NCBI GenBank assembly: GCA_027292975.1
Contig: JAPUGG010000274.1
Coordinates: forward strand, 1 to 41,003
Direction: 5' to 3'
Source: Alphaproteobacteria bacterium
GTDB taxonomy: Bacteria > Pseudomonadota > Alphaproteobacteria > SMXQ01
DNA: 41,003 nt
Positions 28,949 to 39,706 of the stretch are shown here, piece after piece. Made by a program: the position numbers and the translations under genes. Below the pieces are notes generated by a model that ran no database searches, was not told where the DNA came from, and was given only the letters and a program-made list of their open reading frames with translations. Each line of letters starts with the position of its first letter. The stretch's first letter is position 1.

Positions 28949-31900
28949 ATGACGGCAGCGCCGAATCCGAGCCCCGGCGCCGACGCCAAGGTGGCACAGC
29001 GCAAGGCCGCCGACACCAAGGCCTCGGTCTGGGTCGGCGCGTCCGCCGGCACCGGCAAGACCAAGGTCTTGACCGACCGGGTGTTGAGCCTGCTGCTGGC
29101 CGGCACGCCGCCCCAGCGCATCCTGTGCCTGACCTTCACCCGGGCGGCGGCGGCCGAGATGGCCAACCGGGTCCGCGAAGCGCTCGGCCTATGGGCCACC
29201 GATTCCGAAGAGGAACTCGATCGAAGCATCGAGGACCTGACGGGAAGCCGCCCCGACCCGGAGCTTTCGGGCCATGCAAGGGGGCTGTTCGGCGCCGTGC
29301 TCGATTGCCCGGGCGGGCTGAAGATCCAGACCATTCACGCCTTTTGCGAATCCTTGCTGCGGCGCTTTCCGGTGGAAGCGGGGGTGCAGCCCCATTTCCG
29401 GCTGATGGACGAGCGCACCGCACGGGAACTTCTCGCCCTGGCCGGGGACGAGGTCCTGGCCCGGGCCATGAACCGGGCCGAGCAAGGCGCATCGGGGGAC
29501 GGCATCGGCCTCGCATCGGCGCTCGCCGCCATCGCCGGAGAGGTCAACACGGAAGCGTTTCATAAACTCATGGACCGCCTTGCCAATGACCGCGCCCGCC
29601 TCGCCCGAATGCTGAACCGCACCGGTGGGCTCATTGGCGCCGCCCGGGCCATGGCGGCGCGTCTCGATATCGATCCCGGGACGCGGGCCGAAGACTTGAT
29701 CGCCGCCGCCTGCGCCGACGCCGTGTTCGACGGGCCCGGCTTGGGCGAGGCGCTCGCGGTGATGGCGGAAGGCCAAGCAACCGATAGGAAGCGGGCGGGC
29801 GCCATGGCACCGTTCCTCGCCGCCGATGCCGGCGGGCGCCCGGGCTTGATGGAGGAATACCGCAAGGGCTTTCTCAGGGCCGATGGGCAGGCGTTCGCCA
29901 GGTTCATCACCGAAGGCGGGCTCAAAGGGGTGGACCATGGGGAGGCGCTGCTTGCCATCATGGCAGCGGAAGCCGGGCGCCTGATGGCCCTCGCAGGAAG
30001 CCTCAACGCCCTCGCCAATTACCACTCTTCGGTGGCGGCGGTGACCCTCGGCGCGGCGCTGGTGGAGGCCTACGACGCCCACAAGCACGCCCGCGCCAGG
30101 CTCGATTACGAAGACCTGATCCTCAAGACCCGGGATTTGTTGGAGGGTGGCACCGCCGCCCAATGGGTGCTGTTCAAGCTCGATGGCGGGCTCGACCATA
30201 TCCTGGTCGACGAGGCCCAGGACACCTCTCCCGACCAATGGGGGGTGATCAAGGCCTTGGCGGAGGATTTCTTCAGCGGCGCCGGCGCCCGCGACGACCA
30301 CCGTACGGTGTTCGCCGTCGGCGACGCGAAGCAGTCCATCTACAGCTTCCAGCGCGCCGACCCGCGCGCCTTCGAGGAAATGCGCGCCTTCTTCAGGACC
30401 CGTGTCGAGGATGCCACCCAACGCTGGCGGGACATCGATCTTCACGTGTCTTTCCGCTCTACCGCCGCCGTGCTCAACGCCGTGGACGCGGTGTTCGCGG
30501 GCGATGAGGCGGGCCAGGGGCTTGGGCCCCCGGGGATGGAAATTCTCCACCGGCCCGACCGGGGCGGCATGGCGGGTCTGGTGGAAATGTGGCCGTTGAT
30601 GGCATCGGATAAGCCGAGCCCGGCCGACCCGTGGACGCCGGCAATGGACCTTGAGACCGGTTTCGACGCGCCTGCGCGCCTGGCCAGGGTGATCGCCGTC
30701 ACCATCAAAAATTGGATCGCCGACAAGGAGATGCTGCCGGCCCGCGGCCGGGCCATCGAAGCCGGCGACGTCATGGTCCTGGTGCGCCGGCGCACCGGCT
30801 TCGTCGAAGCCCTGGTGCGGGAATTGAAACGCTTGGACGTCCCCGTGGCCGGAGTCGACCGCATGGTGGTCACCAACCAGCTGGCGGTGATGGACCTGGT
30901 GGCCGTCGGCCGCTTCGCATTGTTGCCCGAGGACGACCTCAATCTCGCCTGCGTCCTTAAAGGGCCGTTCTTGGGTTTCGACGAAGACGCGTTGTTCGAC
31001 CTCGCCCATGGGCGCAAGGGCACGCTCTGGGCGGCGCTGAGAGCGCACGCACGCACCGATGAACGGTTGGCTCGCGCCCGGGACTGGCTGGGCGTCGTCC
31101 TCGGGCGGGCGGACTTTGAGAGGCCCTATGAATTCTTCGCCGCCATCCTCAATCGCGGGGGAGGCCGGGAGAAATTGCTGGCCCGCCTGGGCCGCGAGGC
31201 GGCCGACCCGGTCAATGAATTCCTGGAGCTCGCACTGGCCTACGAACAGATGACGGCGCCGTCCCTGGAAGGCTTTCTAGCCTGGGCCTGCGCCGGCGAG
31301 GTCGAGATCAAGCGCGACCTCGAGCAAGCGGTCCGTAACGAGGTGCGGGTGATGACGGTCCACGCCGCCAAGGGGCTTGAGGCGCCCATCGTTTTCCTGC
31401 CCGACACCACCCGGAACCCGCCTCCGCCGGACCTTCCCTATTGGACCGGGCCCGGGGATGGTAGTGGGCCGGGCTTGCCGCTGTGGGCCCCCAGAGTCGC
31501 CGAGTTCGGCGCCGATCTCACGGCGTTGCGGGCGAGGGGCCAGGCCGACCAGCTTGAGGAAACCCACCGGCTTCTCTACGTCGCCATGACCCGGGCCGAG
31601 GATCGGCTCTATGTCTGCGGCTGGCAGACCACCAAGATGCCGGCCCAAGGGTGTTGGTACGACCTGATCCGCGCGGGGTTGGAGGGGATGGCGGGCATCG
31701 AGGAGGTTGCGGTCGATTTCACAGCCGGTATCCCCGGCCTGATGGTGACCGGGCGCAGGCTCTCTTGCCCCCAGGATGCCCCCGCCAAGGCCGGCGACAG
31801 ATCTCCCGATCACCCGGTGAGCCCGCTGGCGGCCGCCTGGGCGGATCTGCCGCCGGCCCCGGAACCGGCCCGCGCCCAGCCTTTGGCGCCGTCGGATCCG

Positions 31901-32455
31901 GGCGAGGAGCCGCCGATCCTGAGCCCCGCCGGCGCCGGTGGCGACTGGTTCCTTCGTGGACGGGTGGTCCATGGGCTTCTCGAGCACCTGCCGGAGCTTC
32001 CCCCCGGGGCTAGGGCGGCGGCGGCGCGGGCCTACCTCGCGCGGGCCACCTTCGGCCTCGATGCCCAAACGAGGGCGGAGATCGCCGCCGAAACCCTGGC
32101 GCTGCTGGACGATCCGGCCTTCGCTCCCTTGTTCGGCCCGGGCAGCCTCGCCGAGGTGCCGGTGGCTGGCGTCATCGGCGATATCGCCGTCTCCGGCCAG
32201 ATCGACCGAGTCGTGGTGGGCGACGGCACCGTGCTGGTGGTCGACTACAAGACCGGCCGCCACTGCCCCGATGACGCCGCCGGGGTGCCGCCCGCCTATC
32301 TTCGTCAGATGGCGCTTTACCGGGCCCTTTTGCAACTGGCCTTTCCCGGCTTTGACGTCCGCGCGGCGCTGGTTTTCACGACCGTCCCTAAGCTGTTGGC
32401 GCTGCCCGGCGCGGCCCTCGACAAGGCGCTTGGGGCCCTCATTCGGCCAACTTGA
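28949..32455 (+). CDS. addA: double-strand break repair helicase/nuclease AddA
   Basis: ASAGTGKTKVLTDRVL, CLTFTRAAAAEM, IQTIHAFC, LVDEAQDT, VGDAKQSIYSFQRAD, MTVHAAKGLEAP, RLLYVAMTRA, GQIDR...DYKT. Start could be GTG at 28934. Confidence 0.96.
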   Translation: MTAAPNPSPGADAKVAQRKAADTKASVWVGASAGTGKTKVLTDRVLSLLLAGTPPQRILCLTFTRAAAAEMANRVREALGLWATDSEEELDRSIEDLTGSRPDPELSGHARGLFGAVLDCPGGLKIQTIHAFCESLLRRFPVEAGVQPHFRLMDERTARELLALAGDEVLARAMNRAEQGASGDGIGLASALAAIAGEVNTEAFHKLMDRLANDRARLARMLNRTGGLIGAARAMAARLDIDPGTRAEDLIAAACADAVFDGPGLGEALAVMAEGQATDRKRAGAMAPFLAADAGGRPGLMEEYRKGFLRADGQAFARFITEGGLKGVDHGEALLAIMAAEAGRLMALAGSLNALANYHSSVAAVTLGAALVEAYDAHKHARARLDYEDLILKTRDLLEGGTAAQWVLFKLDGGLDHILVDEAQDTSPDQWGVIKALAEDFFSGAGARDDHRTVFAVGDAKQSIYSFQRADPRAFEEMRAFFRTRVEDATQRWRDIDLHVSFRSTAAVLNAVDAVFAGDEAGQGLGPPGMEILHRPDRGGMAGLVEMWPLMASDKPSPADPWTPAMDLETGFDAPARLARVIAVTIKNWIADKEMLPARGRAIEAGDVMVLVRRRTGFVEALVRELKRLDVPVAGVDRMVVTNQLAVMDLVAVGRFALLPEDDLNLACVLKGPFLGFDEDALFDLAHGRKGTLWAALRAHARTDERLARARDWLGVVLGRADFERPYEFFAAILNRGGGREKLLARLGREAADPVNEFLELALAYEQMTAPSLEGFLAWACAGEVEIKRDLEQAVRNEVRVMTVHAAKGLEAPIVFLPDTTRNPPPPDLPYWTGPGDGSGPGLPLWAPRVAEFGADLTALRARGQADQLEETHRLLYVAMTRAEDRLYVCGWQTTKMPAQGCWYDLIRAGLEGMAGIEEVAVDFTAGIPGLMVTGRRLSCPQDAPAKAGDRSPDHPVSPLAAAWADLPPAPEPARAQPLAPSDPGEEPPILSPAGAGGDWFLRGRVVHGLLEHLPELPPGARAAAARAYLARATFGLDAQTRAEIAAETLALLDDPAFAPLFGPGSLAEVPVAGVIGDIAVSGQIDRVVVGDGTVLVVDYKTGRHCPDDAAGVPPAYLRQMALYRALLQLAFPGFDVRAALVFTTVPKLLALPGAALDKALGALIRPT

Positions 32456-32480
32456 CGGCTCTCGGCCGGGCCCCTAAACT
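32452..32480 (+). promoter_or_regulatory. candidate promoter of trxA
   Basis: TTGACG-17nt-TAAACT overlapping the addA stop. Confidence 0.5.
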
Positions 32481-32542
32481 GCGCCCCGCCTTCCGGTGGC
32501 CCACCGATCAAAACCATAAACCGGAACCATCAGGGGAACGAC

Positions 32543-32863
32543 ATGAGTGCGACCCATGTAACCGATTCCAGTTTCGAGGCCGACGTGCTCAATGCCGAAG
32601 GTCCGGTGCTGGTGGATTTCTGGGCCGAATGGTGCGCGCCCTGTAAGCAGATCGCGCCGATCCTCGAAGAGCTGGCTTCGGAACTCGAGGGCAACCTGAC
32701 CATCGCCAAGGTGAATATCGACGAGAACCCTCAGACCCCCACCAAGTACGGCGTCAGGGGCATTCCCACCTTGATCCTGTTCAACGGCGGCCAGGTGGTC
32801 GGCACCAAGGTGGGAACGGTCCCCAAGGGTGTCTTGTTGGATTGGGTGCAATCCAGCCTGTGA
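32543..32863 (+). CDS. trxA: thioredoxin
   Basis: [27 protein letters not shown]. addA-trxA synteny. Confidence 0.96.
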   Translation: MSATHVTDSSFEADVLNAEGPVLVDFWAEWCAPCKQIAPILEELASELEGNLTIAKVNIDENPQTPTKYGVRGIPTLILFNGGQVVGTKVGTVPKGVLLDWVQSSL

Positions 32864-32886
32864 GCCCTCCGAAATTTTTTCCGGCC

Positions 32887-34077
32887 TCACAGGAGCCCCT
32901 TGGCCCGGCCGAAGAAAACGATGAAAACCGTCATGGCGCCAATCAGGGCGCCCACCACCAGAAAACTCCCATCGAGGCCCACCCAGGCGACCAGCGCCCC
33001 CATGACCATCGGCGTGACGGTCGAGGTCAGACGGTTCATCATGGTGCGCAACCCCACCGCCTTGCCCTGGTCGGGGCCAACGGCATGTGACAATTGGGAA
33101 ATGATCAGGGGCGTCGACATGCCGGCGCTGGCGCCGCGCGCCACCTGGGCGGCGAGAAACAGGACATAGAGTCCGAGCAATGGCGTCACCGCCATGGCCA
33201 AAACCGACAGCAAGGCAGTCGTCACCAGAAGCCAAGACGAATGCATCATGCGGGCAAGCGGCGCCGCGCCCAGGGCGCCGGCGGCGGCGGCAACCGCGCC
33301 GGTGGCCATGAGAAGACCGATGGCCGTGCCGGTAATTCCATGGCCGTTGAGATAAACCACGTAAAACGAGCCCTGGATGGAATAGCCAGTAATCCGCACC
33401 ATGGACAACATCACCACGAAGGCCACCATGGGCAGGGCCAACAATCGGAAGGCCGCGGTATAGCTTCTGATTTCCGGCTTGAGGTCGCGCGCCTTGAGCC
33501 ACCCATGGGGCTCTGCGACATGATCGCCAGCGGCCGGCGGCAGGGCAAAGACCGCCAGCAATTGCAGCGCCGTCCACGCGAACAGCACCCCGAACGCGCC
33601 CCACGGGCCGATGAAATCCCAGCCCGCGCCGGCCAAGGGCGGCCCCACCATGTTCCCCAGGACGCAAATGGCGGTGAACCGGCCGGCATGGCGGGGGCTG
33701 CCCTTCATCAGCTGGCCGATCAGGGTCTGGGCGCCGACCCAGCCCATGGTCGAGGCGAGTCCGCCGATCATCTGCAGCACGAACACCGCCCAGATGAAGG
33801 GAAGCACGGGAAACAAGAGCGGCGTCGCCGCCCCCATGACGGCGAAGGCGATCATCACCCGGCGCGGACCGAGCCGGTCCATGAGCGCGCCCCCGTGAAC
33901 CGAAAACAGAAACGGCAACAGGTTGAAACTGCCCAGCGCGAAACCGATCATCACCGGGCTGGCGTTCAGGTGGAGAAGCCATAGCGGCAATACCACGGCG
34001 ACCAGGACGGTTTGGGTGGAACTGAACAGGCCGGTGGCGTAAACCGCGGCCTAGACGCGGACGGGGACCGAATCCAA
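32887..34077 (-). pseudogene. MFS transporter with an in-frame amber stop at codon 9
   Basis: GGGAGA RBS then TTG-GAT-TCG-GTC-CCC-GTC-CGC-GTC-TAG-GCC-GCG-GTT-TAC (MDSVPVRV*AAVYATGLFSS), in frame with the 369-aa MFS ORF carrying motif A GGALMDRLGPRRV. Confidence 0.7.
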
Positions 34078-34119
34078 CGGTGTTCTCCCTAGAGCATCAG
34101 GCGCGGGGCCGCTATTCCG

Positions 34120-36942
34120 TCAGTGGACCTCGGCCCAGTTGTCGCCGATCCCGGTCTCCACCTCGAGGGGGACCGAAAGGTTCACCGCCGGGAAGGGTGC
34201 GTCGGCCATCACCTTGGCGACCAATCGGGCGGTGGCCTCGGCCTCGGCCTCGGGCACCTCGAAGATCAACTCGTCATGGACCTGAAGCAGCATCTCCGCC
34301 CCCAGGTTGTTTTCCCTGAGCGCCGGCGGCACCCGGATCATGGCGCGCTTGATGATGTCGGCGGCGGCGCCCTGCAAGGGGGCATTGATGGCCGCCCGTT
34401 CGGCGAACGCCTTGTGGGGTCCCTTGGCGGTGATGTCCGGCGTGTGCATGCGGCGCCCGAAAATGGTGGTGACAAAACCCTGTTCGCGGGCCAAGGCCTT
34501 GGTGTCTTCCATGTAGTCCCTGATGCCGGGATAGCGTTGGAAATAGGCCTCGATAAAGTTTTTTGCGTCCTGTTGGGGGATCCCCAGCTGGCGGGCCAGG
34601 CCGAACGGGGAAATGCCGTAAATGATGCCGAAATTGATGGCTTTGGCCGAGCGCCGGGTCGCGGCGTCCATTCGATCCAGCGGCACACCGAATATTTCCG
34701 ATGCCGTCAGCGCGTGAATGTCGGCCCCGTCGCGGAACGCCTCCTTCAGGGCCGTGATATCGGCCACGTGGGCTAAAAGACGAAGCTCGATCTGGGAATA
34801 ATCGGCCGAGAGCAGCTTGGCGCCGTCCCTGGCGACGAAGGCCTCGCGGATCTTGCGCCCTTCCTCGGTGCGCACCGGGATGTTCTGCAGGTTGGGATCG
34901 GTCGACGACAGCCGCCCGGTGGAGGCGACGGCCATGGCATACGAGGTATGCACGCGCCCGGTGTCGGGATTGATCTGCTTTTGCAGGGCGTCGGTATAGG
35001 TCGACCGCAGCTTGGCCAGCAGGCGCCAGTCGAGCACCCGGGCGGGCAGGTCGTGACCCCGGGCGGCAAGGTCTTCCAGCACGTCGGCGCCGGTCGACCA
35101 GGCACCGGCCTTGCCCTTCTTGCCGACGGGGAGGGCCATATCCTCGAACACGATCTCGCCCAACTGCTTGGGGCTGGCGATGTTGAATTCGCGGCCGGCG
35201 AGCTTTTGGATCTCGGTCTCCAGCACCCCCAGCCGTTTGGCGAAGTCCCGGGACAGCGCCTTCAGACACTTGGAATCGACCTCGATGCCGGCCTGCTCCA
35301 TGGCCACCAGCACCGGGATCAGCGGGCGTTCCAGGGTCTCGTAGACCGTCGACAGGTGCTCCACCATGAGCCTGGGCTTCAACAGGTCGTGCAAGCGCAG
35401 GGTGATGTCGGCATCCTCGGCGGCGTAGTCCCGGGCCGCCTCCAGGGGGACCAGGTCGAAGGTCACCTGTTTCTTGCCAACTCCGGCCACCTCGGAAAAC
35501 TTGATATTGGTGTGATCGAGATGGCGTAACGCCAGCTCGTCCAAACCATGGCCGTGACGGCCCGCGTCGAGAACGTAGGACAGCACCATGGTGTCGTCGA
35601 CGGGCGCGATATGGACGTCGTAACGGGCCAGGATCTCGGTATCGTATTTGATATTGTGCCCGACCTTGAGGACCGAGGGGTCCCCCAGCATCGGCGCCAG
35701 CAGCGCCAGGGCGGCGGCGCGATCGATCTGCCCTTCCACCAGGCCGCCGGCCTGGCCGCCCGTTTGGCCGCCGCCATCGCCCAGATCAAGCGCCCCTTGG
35801 GAGACCGCGCCGCGGTGGGCGAGCGGGATGTAGCAAGCCTTCCCCGGCTCCAGCGCCAGGGAAACGCCGACCAGAACCGCCCGTTGCGCATCGAGCGAGG
35901 TGGTCTCGGTGTCCACCGCCACCCGGCCCTTTTCGGTCGCCGCGGCGATCCAGGCTTTGAGCTCCGCCTCCTCGGTCACCAGCTGGTAGCCGGCTTCGGC
36001 CTCGGCCTTGGCCCCGGCGGCGGCCTCGGCGCCCAGGCCATCACCGCCGATCTCGCTCATGACACGGGCGACGATGCGCTCGAATTCCTGGGCGCGCAGG
36101 AATTTCAGGAGTTTTTCGTGGTCCGGTGGGCGCATGGCGAAGGCGCGGTAGCTGCCCTTAACCGGCACGTCGTCCTTGAGGGTCACCAGTTCCAGGGAAA
36201 TCCGCGCGAGGTCGGCGAATTCCAGGAGATTCTCGCGCCGCTTGGGCTGCTTGATCTCCCCCGCCCGGGCCAGCACGGTCTCGAGATCGCCGAACTCGTT
36301 GATCAGCTGCGCCGCCGTCTTGACGCCGATGCCGGGCACGCCCGGCACGTTGTCCGTGGGATCGCCGGCCAGGGCCTGCACCTCGACCACCTTCCCCGGC
36401 CCGACGCCGAACTTCTCCACCACTTCCTCGGTGCCGATCCGGCGGTTGTGGATGGGATCGTGCATGGTGACGCGCTCGGTGACCAGCTGCATCAGGTCCT
36501 TGTCCGACGACATGATGGTGACCTGGTCGCCGGCCTCGCGCGCCTGGCGGGCATAGGTGGCGATCAGGTCGTCGGCCTCGAAGCCCGGCATCTCGATGGC
36601 CGGAACGTTGAACGCCTCGGTGGCCTCCAGGACCAGGGGGAATTGCGGGATCAGGTCTTCCGGGGGCGGCGGCCGGTTGGCCTTGTAATCGGCATAGATA
36701 TCGTTGCGGAAGGTCTTGCGCGCGGCATCGAAGATGACGGCGAGGTAATCGGCGTCGGTGTCGTCCAGCAGCTTCATCAACATGTTGCAGAAGCCGTACA
36801 CGGCATTGGTCGGCGTGCCGTCGGAGCGGGTCAGGTTGCTCTTGAGCCCGTAATAGGCGCGGAAGATGAAGCCCGAGCCGTCGACCAGGAACAAGTGGCG
36901 GGGCTTGCCCTCGCCGCCACCACTGCTATCCGCCGCGTTCAA
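34120..36942 (-). CDS. polA: DNA polymerase I
   Basis: LVDGSGFIFRAY 5'-3' exonuclease, AVDTETT 3'-5' exonuclease, TGRLSS.DPNLQNIP, ADYSQIELR, AKAINFGIIYG, LQVHDEL. TTG start at 36942 overlaps the upstream stop. Confidence 0.98.
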   Translation of the reverse strand: MNAADSSGGGEGKPRHLFLVDGSGFIFRAYYGLKSNLTRSDGTPTNAVYGFCNMLMKLLDDTDADYLAVIFDAARKTFRNDIYADYKANRPPPPEDLIPQFPLVLEATEAFNVPAIEMPGFEADDLIATYARQAREAGDQVTIMSSDKDLMQLVTERVTMHDPIHNRRIGTEEVVEKFGVGPGKVVEVQALAGDPTDNVPGVPGIGVKTAAQLINEFGDLETVLARAGEIKQPKRRENLLEFADLARISLELVTLKDDVPVKGSYRAFAMRPPDHEKLLKFLRAQEFERIVARVMSEIGGDGLGAEAAAGAKAEAEAGYQLVTEEAELKAWIAAATEKGRVAVDTETTSLDAQRAVLVGVSLALEPGKACYIPLAHRGAVSQGALDLGDGGGQTGGQAGGLVEGQIDRAAALALLAPMLGDPSVLKVGHNIKYDTEILARYDVHIAPVDDTMVLSYVLDAGRHGHGLDELALRHLDHTNIKFSEVAGVGKKQVTFDLVPLEAARDYAAEDADITLRLHDLLKPRLMVEHLSTVYETLERPLIPVLVAMEQAGIEVDSKCLKALSRDFAKRLGVLETEIQKLAGREFNIASPKQLGEIVFEDMALPVGKKGKAGAWSTGADVLEDLAARGHDLPARVLDWRLLAKLRSTYTDALQKQINPDTGRVHTSYAMAVASTGRLSSTDPNLQNIPVRTEEGRKIREAFVARDGAKLLSADYSQIELRLLAHVADITALKEAFRDGADIHALTASEIFGVPLDRMDAATRRSAKAINFGIIYGISPFGLARQLGIPQQDAKNFIEAYFQRYPGIRDYMEDTKALAREQGFVTTIFGRRMHTPDITAKGPHKAFAERAAINAPLQGAAADIIKRAMIRVPPALRENNLGAEMLLQVHDELIFEVPEAEAEATARLVAKVMADAPFPAVNLSVPLEVETGIGDNWAEVH

Positions 36943-37112
36943 TGGCCGCCGCCGGGCTGGAAGCCCTCGGCCAGAACATAGCGGCGGCCGCAATAGGGGC
37001 AGTCCACCTCACCGTCGGGGCCGAGGTTGAGATAAACCAGCGGATGGCCGAGGGTTCCCCCGTCGCAGCCGACCGTGGAGTACTCTACCGTGATGGTTTC
37101 AACGGGGTCCAT
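36939..37112 (-). CDS. zf-CHCC zinc-finger protein (NDUFS6-like)
   Basis: 57 aa with V.CDGG.LGHP.VYL.......CPYCGR. ATG at 37112. Confidence 0.85.
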   Translation of the reverse strand: MDPVETITVEYSTVGCDGGTLGHPLVYLNLGPDGEVDCPYCGRRYVLAEGFQPGGGH

Positions 37113-37228
37113 GGCGTAAATACTTTCGCATCCGGGTTGGCGGTTGGCGGAACGGATTTGTTGACCGTCCCGACCCGCCGATGATACCGATTGCCCCACC
37201 TCTTTCAACCGCGAGAAAGCATCCGTCC

Positions 37229-38281
37229 ATGACCGTCACGCGCCCCCACGACCGGCAAGGGAATGCGCTCCTGACGCCTCCTGAGCGGGGCTGGCGTTGG
37301 GCGGCCTGGGGTTGCCTCCTCATGGGGCTCACGCTCGGCGCTTGCGCGCCCAGGCTTCAGGAGAGCGGGCCCATGACCGGCCAGGCGCGCATCGTCGGCG
37401 ACACACTGATTGCCCGGGACGGCGCCCGCCTGCCGCTTCGCCGATGGGCACCGGAGGCGCAAGAGCCCTGGGCCGTGCTGGTGGCGCTGCACGGCTTCAA
37501 CGATTATTCCAACGCTTTTAACGCCGCCGCCCGTCACTGGGCCAAGCACGGGGTGGTGACCTACGCCATCGACCAGCGCGGCTTCGGGCGGACCGCCGAG
37601 GCTGGCCTGTGGGCCGGCATCGACGCCATGGTGGCCGATCTCCGGGCGCTCACCGCCATTGTCAGCAAGCGCCATCCGGGGCTGCCCCTCCATGTGCTGG
37701 GCGATTCCATGGGCGCCGCCGTCGCCATGGTGAGCCTGGCGCGGCACCCCGGGGGCGCCATCGACGGCGCCGTGCTGGTGGCGCCCGCGGTCTGGGGACG
37801 CCGCCACCTGGGCGCCATCAAGAGCGCAGCGCTCTGGCTCGCCGCCCATTCCGTGCCCTGGCTCAGGCTCACCGCCGAGGGGCTCGATATCCAGGCGTCG
37901 GACAATGTCGCCATGCTACGGGCGCTCGGCAAGGACAAGCTGGTCATCAAGGAGACGCGGATCGACGCCATCTGGGGCATGGTGAACCTGATGGACGCCG
38001 CCTTCGCCGCCAGTGACAAGATCGAAGCCCCGCTGCTGCTGCTCTACGGCGCCAGGGACGAGGTCATCCCCAAGCACCCCACGGTCGAGGTGCTGGGCAA
38101 GCTCATGGCAACGGGGCGGGTGCGGGCGGCCTATTACGCCGATGGCTATCACATGCTGCTGCGCGACTTGGCCGCCGAGCCGGTGCTCGACGACGTGCTC
38201 GCCTGGATCAGGGATCACCGCGCGGCCCTGCCGTCGGGCGCCGAGGCCCGGGCCCGGAGGTGGCTGGAAATGGCCGATTAG
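37229..38281 (+). CDS. alpha/beta hydrolase (lysophospholipase-like), probable lipoprotein
   Basis: LTLGAC lipobox, [20 protein letters not shown] nucleophile elbow, [12 protein letters not shown]. Start uncertain (37181-37322). Confidence 0.85.
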   Translation: MTVTRPHDRQGNALLTPPERGWRWAAWGCLLMGLTLGACAPRLQESGPMTGQARIVGDTLIARDGARLPLRRWAPEAQEPWAVLVALHGFNDYSNAFNAAARHWAKHGVVTYAIDQRGFGRTAEAGLWAGIDAMVADLRALTAIVSKRHPGLPLHVLGDSMGAAVAMVSLARHPGGAIDGAVLVAPAVWGRRHLGAIKSAALWLAAHSVPWLRLTAEGLDIQASDNVAMLRALGKDKLVIKETRIDAIWGMVNLMDAAFAASDKIEAPLLLLYGARDEVIPKHPTVEVLGKLMATGRVRAAYYADGYHMLLRDLAAEPVLDDVLAWIRDHRAALPSGAEARARRWLEMAD

Positions 38282-39369
38282 GCGGCGCCGTCGAGGGTTC
38301 CTTGGGGAACCATGACCGCGCCCTGGAACAACAGCCGCGCGGTGCGCAGGATGCCGGCGCTCCTAACCTCGGGCGGGGTTCGCGAAAGATCGAGGGTCAG
38401 CGCCACGTCGATGGTCCCGGTGGGATGCTCGATGGCGATCTCCATTTTCTCACCAATCTCCATGTCGGCGAGCCCATGGGCGACGGTGCCCGGCGTCACG
38501 GCGGCGCAAGAGAGGCAGACGGCGCCGGTCACCGCGTGGGCCTCATGGGCGGCGTGGGGCGTGAAATAGCGCGAAGAGATGGTAGCGCCCGCCCGCGCGG
38601 GGGCGAGCAATACCGGCTTGGGGATCACCATGTCGGTGACATCGCCCAAGCCCATCATCTCGCCCGCCTGCAAGCGGATGGGCTCGAGCCGGGCGAAAAA
38701 ATCCCTGTCCCCGTCGAGATCGGCGGCCGTCTCATAACCGGTCTTGCCCATGGAATCGGCGGCCATCATCATCACCGGCATGGCCGCGTCGGCCAAGGTC
38801 ACCTCGATGCCGTCGATCAAGTCCACCACGTTACCGGTGGGGAACAGCGCCCCGGTCTTGGAGCCCAGGCAATCCATGAAATTGAGGATCACCGGCGCGG
38901 CGCTGCCCGGCACGCCGTCGACGGTGGCCGCGCCCGCGTACTCCACCGTGCCGCCCGGGGTCTGGATCACCGCCTCCACCAGATCGCCGGTATTGACCAG
39001 GCGGATGCGTACCCTTGTCTCGCCATGGGCCGCCGCCACCAGGCCGCGCTCTATGGCGAACGGGCCGACCCCGGCCAGAATATTTCCGCAGGTCGGGCCG
39101 GTATCGACCATGTCCTCGGCGACCAAAACCTGGGCGAAGAAGTAATCGACGTCGATTCCGGGCTCTTCGGACGGGCCGACGATGGCGACCTTGGAGGTCA
39201 GCGGCGTCGCCCCGCCCATGCCGTCGATCTGGCGCGCATCGGGCGAGCCCATGGCGGCCAGCAGGAGCCGGTCGCGGGCGGCGGCGTCGCGTGGCATGTC
39301 GCTCGCCTCGAAATAAAGCCCGCGCGAGGTTCCGCCCCGCATGAAAAGCGCAGGAATGGCTGTCTGCAT
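38278..39369 (-). CDS. PrpF-family isomerase (4-oxalomesaconate tautomerase-like)
   Basis: [74 protein letters not shown] at 39369; the ORF-track extension is a tRNA shadow. Confidence 0.9.
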   Translation of the reverse strand: MQTAIPALFMRGGTSRGLYFEASDMPRDAAARDRLLLAAMGSPDARQIDGMGGATPLTSKVAIVGPSEEPGIDVDYFFAQVLVAEDMVDTGPTCGNILAGVGPFAIERGLVAAAHGETRVRIRLVNTGDLVEAVIQTPGGTVEYAGAATVDGVPGSAAPVILNFMDCLGSKTGALFPTGNVVDLIDGIEVTLADAAMPVMMMAADSMGKTGYETAADLDGDRDFFARLEPIRLQAGEMMGLGDVTDMVIPKPVLLAPARAGATISSRYFTPHAAHEAHAVTGAVCLSCAAVTPGTVAHGLADMEIGEKMEIAIEHPTGTIDVALTLDLSRTPPEVRSAGILRTARLLFQGAVMVPQGTLDGAA

Positions 39370-39531
39370 GTCTGCTCCGCTCCGTGCTCGATGGCGGCAG
39401 GTGTTCCTCATACTTAGCCCATGGCCACGGCCCATGACAAGGCGGCGGAGTAAGGTTTGCGCCGGGCCCACCATTGGGCTAGATTTCCGCCGCGCACGTT
39501 TCGGCCCCGCGCCGGCGCCCCCGAGACGGTT

Positions 39532-39608
<77 letters not shown>

Positions 39609-39655
39609 TATTTTCAATGGGTTAGAGTACATTCTCCAGGTAAGGCTCATCCCTT

Positions 39656-39706
39656 TAAGTGCAATGTAAGTGCAAATCCCTTTATGATTACCGCCTATTG
39701 CACTTA
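39656..39706. repeat. TAAGTGCAA x2 direct (39656, 39667) plus one inverted copy (39698); arm-type integrase site candidates
   Basis: Exact 9-mers read directly from sequence, 11-bp period. Confidence 0.65.
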
